This document shows positions 59,877 to 64,000 of a DNA stretch of 64,000 bases, piece by piece. The position numbers were made by a program, and so were the translations under genes. Positions within the stretch are counted from its first letter, which is position 1. Each line of letters opens with the position of its first letter. This DNA is from Anaeromyxobacter sp. GTDB taxonomy: Bacteria; Myxococcota; Myxococcia; Myxococcales; Anaeromyxobacteraceae. The notes beneath the pieces are model-generated. The model worked only from the letters and a program-made list of their open reading frames with translations. It was not told the origin of the DNA and searched no databases. The DNA lies in NCBI GenBank assembly GCA_049840735.1, contig JASGJN010000016.1, positions 11,598 to 75,597 on the forward strand. Reading direction: 5' to 3'.

Positions 59877-60746
59877 ATGGCCCTGCGCGCCCTCGCCACC
59901 TTCCTCGTCGCCGGGCTCTCCCTCGCCTGCGCCAGCAGCGGCGACGGCGACGGCGGGCCGGCGCGTACCTACGGCGGCGATCGCCCGGTGACGCTGCAGG
60001 TGCCGCCCGACCTCCAGGACGGCCAGCGCTACCCGCTGGTGCTGATCCTGCACGGCCACGGGTCGAGCGGGGCCGGGCACCAGCTCTACTTCCAGGTGTT
60101 CCAGCTGCCCGCGCTGCGGCAGGCTTTCGTGCTGGCGCCGGACGGCACCCGCGACGCGCTGGGGCTCCGCTTCTGGAACATGGTGCCGGAGCAGGGCTCG
60201 GCGGTGGACGACGTGGCGTACCTGGGCGGCCTGCTCGATCAGGTCATGGCCGACTGGCCCATCGACCCGGCGCGCGTGGTGGTGCTGGGCCACTCCAACG
60301 GGGCGTTCATGGCCTACCGGCTGGCCTGCGATCGCGCCGACGTGGTCACCGCCATCGGCGGCCTGGCCGGCGCCGACGTCTCCGGGCACGTGGCCTGCGA
60401 ACCGGCGCGCCCGGTGAGCGTGCTGCACGTGCACGGCGATGAGGATGCCGTGGTCCTGTATGAGGGCGGCAGCCTCGGGCCCGACCTCGACTACCCCGGC
60501 GCGGCCGCCTCGGCGCTCACCTGGGCCGGCTACGACGCCTGCGACGGGGATGCGACCGCTGGGAGCGCCATCGACCTGGCCCACGACGTGGCCGGGGAGG
60601 AGACGCTGCCGCACCTCGCCACCGGCTGCCCGGCCGGCGTTGCGGTGGAGCTCTGGACCATCCAGGGCGGCTCGCACGCCCCTACCCTCGCGTACGGCGC
60701 CGGGCTGCGGCTGATCGACTGGCTGCTCGCCCATCCCCGGCCCTAG
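59877..60746 (+). CDS. Alpha/beta-hydrolase lipoprotein (PHB depolymerase/LpqC-like esterase)
   Basis: SLAC lipobox, LHGHG, GHSNG, HGDED, GGSH. Confidence 0.85.
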   Translation: MALRALATFLVAGLSLACASSGDGDGGPARTYGGDRPVTLQVPPDLQDGQRYPLVLILHGHGSSGAGHQLYFQVFQLPALRQAFVLAPDGTRDALGLRFWNMVPEQGSAVDDVAYLGGLLDQVMADWPIDPARVVVLGHSNGAFMAYRLACDRADVVTAIGGLAGADVSGHVACEPARPVSVLHVHGDEDAVVLYEGGSLGPDLDYPGAAASALTWAGYDACDGDATAGSAIDLAHDVAGEETLPHLATGCPAGVAVELWTIQGGSHAPTLAYGAGLRLIDWLLAHPRP

Positions 60747-60848
60747 CACCGAAGGGGCCGCTCCCAGGTCCGCCCCCGTGCTAGGATGCCCTCGCCGCTT
60801 GACGAAGGCAGCAGCGGTCTTACAGAAATGCAGCAGGTTCGCAGCTTT

Positions 60849-61198
<350 letters not shown>

Positions 61199-61200
61199 CA

Positions 61201-61230
61201 GAAGCCCCGGTCACCCCGGGGCCTTCTTCC
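61201..61230 (+). terminator. Hairpin terminator after ssrA
   Basis: GCCCCGG-tcacc-CCGGGGC followed by CTTCTT. Confidence 0.6.
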
Positions 61231-61377
61231 TTGGATCGCTGCAACGAGACCCTCCGCTCGCCCCCGACACCAGGCGTTGCACTGCGGAGGCGGCCCGCAC
61301 GCTCCGCCCAGGACCTGGCCATCCGCCTTCCACCCCCTTGCATCTTCACGCATGCGCATATATGCATATGCGACGTC

Positions 61378-61716
61378 ATGCATACCTCAGCCTTCCAGGC
61401 CCTCGCCGACCCGACGCGCCTGCGCCTCATCGAGCTCCTGCGCGCGGGTGAGCAGCCAGTGAACGACCTCGTCGAGCAGGTCGCCCTGCACCAGTCCGGC
61501 GTGTCACGTCACCTGCGCGTGCTGCAGGGCGCCGGCTTCGTGCAGATGCGCCCGGACGGCCCCCGGCGCCTGTACTCGCTCCGCCCGGAGCCCTTTCGCG
61601 AGCTCGATCACTGGCTCGCCTCGTACCGCAGCCTCTGGGAGCGCCGCCTCGACAGCTTCGAGAAGGCCCTCGCCCAGAAGTCCAGGGCGCGCCGCGCCAG
61701 GAAGGAGAACGCCTGA
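61378..61716 (+). CDS. ArsR/SmtB family regulator
   Basis: FQALADPTRLRLIELL, QSGVSRHLRVL; palindrome GCATATATGC at 61356-61365 upstream. Confidence 0.9.
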   Translation: MHTSAFQALADPTRLRLIELLRAGEQPVNDLVEQVALHQSGVSRHLRVLQGAGFVQMRPDGPRRLYSLRPEPFRELDHWLASYRSLWERRLDSFEKALAQKSRARRARKENA

Positions 61717-62204
61717 TGTCCCGCAACGAACGCATCGTCCTGATGCGCGTCTACGAGGCCGACCTCGAGGACGTCTGGGAGCTTTGGACCACCAAGGAGG
61801 GGATCGAGTCCTGGTGGGGACCGGAGGGCTTCCGTGTCACCGTCCACAGCCTCGACCTGAGGCCGCGCGGAGTCATGCGCTACGCGATGCACGCCGTGGC
61901 CCCGGAGACGGTGGCGTTCATGCAGCGCAACGGGATGCCCACGACCACCGAGTCGCGCGTCACCTTCACGGACGTCGTGCCGAAGCGCCGCCTCGCCTAC
62001 CTGCACGTCGCCGACTTCGTGCCGGGGGTCCCGCCCTACGACGTCGCGCACCAGATCGATCTCGCGGTGCAGGGCGACACCGTCAAGCTCACCTTGACCA
62101 TCGACCGCATGCACGACGAGGAGTGGACGAAGCGCGCCGTCATGGGGTGGGAGATGGAGCTCGGCTTCCTCGGCGAGGTGCTCGCCGGCCGGAGGGTGAA
62201 GTGA
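61716..62204 (+). CDS. SRPBCC/AHSA1 domain protein
   Basis: VWELWT...WWGPEGF, DLRPRG, GW near the C-terminus; common ArsR partner. Confidence 0.88.
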   Translation: MSRNERIVLMRVYEADLEDVWELWTTKEGIESWWGPEGFRVTVHSLDLRPRGVMRYAMHAVAPETVAFMQRNGMPTTTESRVTFTDVVPKRRLAYLHVADFVPGVPPYDVAHQIDLAVQGDTVKLTLTIDRMHDEEWTKRAVMGWEMELGFLGEVLAGRRVK

Positions 62205-62626
62205 TGCGCCGCAGCTTCCTCGCCGTCGCTGCCGGCTTTCTGCTCACCGCGCTCCTGTCGCTCGGCACGGACATCGCCCTTCACGCGGCCGGCCTCTACC
62301 CGCCCTGGGGCGAGCGCATGAGCGACGGGCTCTTCCTGGTTGCGACGGCTTACCGCCTCGGCTTCACCGTGCTCGGCGGCTACGCCACGGCTCGCCTCGC
62401 GCCGCGTGCGCCGATGCGGCACGGGCTCTGGCTCGGCGGAGTCGGCACGCTCGTCGCGCTCGCCTCGGCCATCGCGACCTGGAACGCCGGGCTCGGGCCG
62501 CACTGGTATCCGGTGGCGCTCATGGTCACGGCGCTGCCGTGCGTCCTCTGCGGCGCCCGGCTCGGCCTCGCCCGCTGGCACGTTGCGACCGGGGCCGGGC
62601 GCGCTCCCGAGCCCCGGATTCCGTGA
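62204..62626 (+). CDS. Hypothetical four-TM membrane protein
   Basis: MRRSFLAVAAG...GGYATARLAP...GPHWYP. Confidence 0.72.
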   Translation: MRRSFLAVAAGFLLTALLSLGTDIALHAAGLYPPWGERMSDGLFLVATAYRLGFTVLGGYATARLAPRAPMRHGLWLGGVGTLVALASAIATWNAGLGPHWYPVALMVTALPCVLCGARLGLARWHVATGAGRAPEPRIP

Positions 62627-62659
62627 TCGGCCCCCCACGAGCGCCAGGACGCACGGCCT

Positions 62660-63840
62660 TCACCGAGGCCGCGAGCTCCAGGGGCTCGTTCGCGCCTCCG
62701 GCGACGTGCCCGCCGGGCCGGGTGGCGCCAGCAGCGCAGGGAGCAGCGGCCCACGGACCGCCGGGCGGCCCACCAGCTGCGGCACCCACCGAGTCAGCGC
62801 CTCGATGACCGGCACGCTCGCCGCGACGCTCAGCGCGGTGAGGCCGGCAGCGAAGGCAGCCACCGACCAGGCCGCGCCCGGGAGGTGCGCTGCGAACCAG
62901 GCCGCCAGCGGCCCGTTCAAGTGGTGGTAGACCACACCGTTGAAGGCCAGCAGGATGAGCCCGTTCCGCCCCAGGGCCTCCATCCAGCGCCAGCGCGGGA
63001 GCCCGCGGGCTGCGAGCAGGACGCCGGCCGTCCCCGCCAGCGCGGTCAGCGGGAAGAGCAGCCAGTGCCCATGGCTGGCGGCCAGGATGATGACCGCCGG
63101 GAGGAGGCGGAACGGCCCCTGGTTCAGGTCATAGGTGAGGAGGACCACCGCGAAGGCGGCCGCCGCCCCCAGCCAGGCCACCGGCGCGGCGAGCGGCCTG
63201 TCCAGCCACCCGAGCCGACGGATCAGCACGCCCACCAGGTAGAAGGCGTACATGGTGATGGCCTCGTTCCAGAACCAGACGTTCCGGCCCGCGCCGAACA
63301 GGTCGTATTTCGCGTTCAGGAGGTACCCGCCGACGTAAGCGATGAGCGCCGCCGCCGCGATGCGGCGGACGGAGCCGCGGAGGAACCGCGAGCTGGCGAA
63401 GTGCAGGAGCTCGACCGAGACCAGGCACATCAGGAACCAGGTCGGCACGTTGAAGAGCGTGAGCACCGTGACCGAGGCGAGGGCCGCACGCCCGTAGTCC
63501 GCCGCGGTCGCCAGCGGGATGGGCGGGAAGTCGGGGGTGTGGGCCAGGCTCAGGGCGGCCAGCAGCAGGTTGAAGAAGAGCAGCGGCACCACCCGCGAGG
63601 CCAGACGCGAGCGCAGGAAGGCCCCCAGCGGCTGCGTGCCGGCCTTCGCCACGACGCCCGCCAGCACGAAGAAGAGCGGCATGTGGAAGGAGTAGATGAG
63701 CTTGTACTGCGCGGCAGCGGCCGCGTTCTGCAGGTACATCACCCGCTCCACGACGTGGCCGTCATACATGAGCAGGAGGCCCAGGAACCGGGCCGTGTCG
63801 AGCCCGGGAAGCCTGTAGAGAGCTGCGGCTCGGGCGTCAT
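62660..63840 (-). CDS. Acyltransferase 3 family protein; frameshift near 63815
   Basis: LDTARFLGLLLMYDGH, IYSFHMPLFFVLAG, WFLMCL; ATG 63840 with GAGGTG RBS is in a different frame. Confidence 0.85.
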
Positions 63841-64000
63841 GGCGTCACCTCGCGCGCTGTACGACCGCAGCCTCGCAGCCCGGCACGCACACGGCAAGGA
63901 AAGTCCGGCGGAGCGCGCTGCTGGGCTCACTCATCCGAATCCAGACCCGCCCCCAGGTGCTGTTCGGATTCTATCGTGTTTCCCTATTAACTTCTGGCGA

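Noticed and set aside
61199..64000. Genomic island integrated at ssrA
   Set aside because: No integrase and no duplicated ssrA 3' end visible in the window; cannot be excluded beyond the edge

Overview
High-GC window from a Myxococcota/deltaproteobacterial genome, most likely Anaeromyxobacter-like (inferred from carD-carG with a histone H1-like CarD tail, topoisomerase VI, and the tmRNA tag ANEPMALAA). It holds about 65 genes: two RND efflux systems (HAE1 type and CzcCBA type), two lipoprotein multiheme cytochromes (20 and 10 heme motifs), topoisomerase VI A/B, queG, an orphan DpnA-like DNA methyltransferase, an ars cluster with a truncated arsR, carD-carG, a full hoxEFUYHW bidirectional hydrogenase operon and tmRNA. 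About 11 single-base frameshifts in otherwise intact genes most likely reflect sequencing or assembly error. Most notable are: (1) a ~1.5 kb element bounded by terminal inverted repeats (26445-27989), with a DDE IS5-like transposase remnant and a divergent TnpB-like gene that both end in the repeats; (2) a hidden selenoprotein candidate (RPG-UGA plus a SECIS-like hairpin); (3) a GATC-dense palindromic promoter before a GATC-type methyltransferase; (4) a His/Cys-rich RPP-ending leader ORF ahead of czcCBA; (5) a dispersed palindromic repeat family whose inner hairpin covaries. All family assignments come from motif recognition by eye; no database searches were run.
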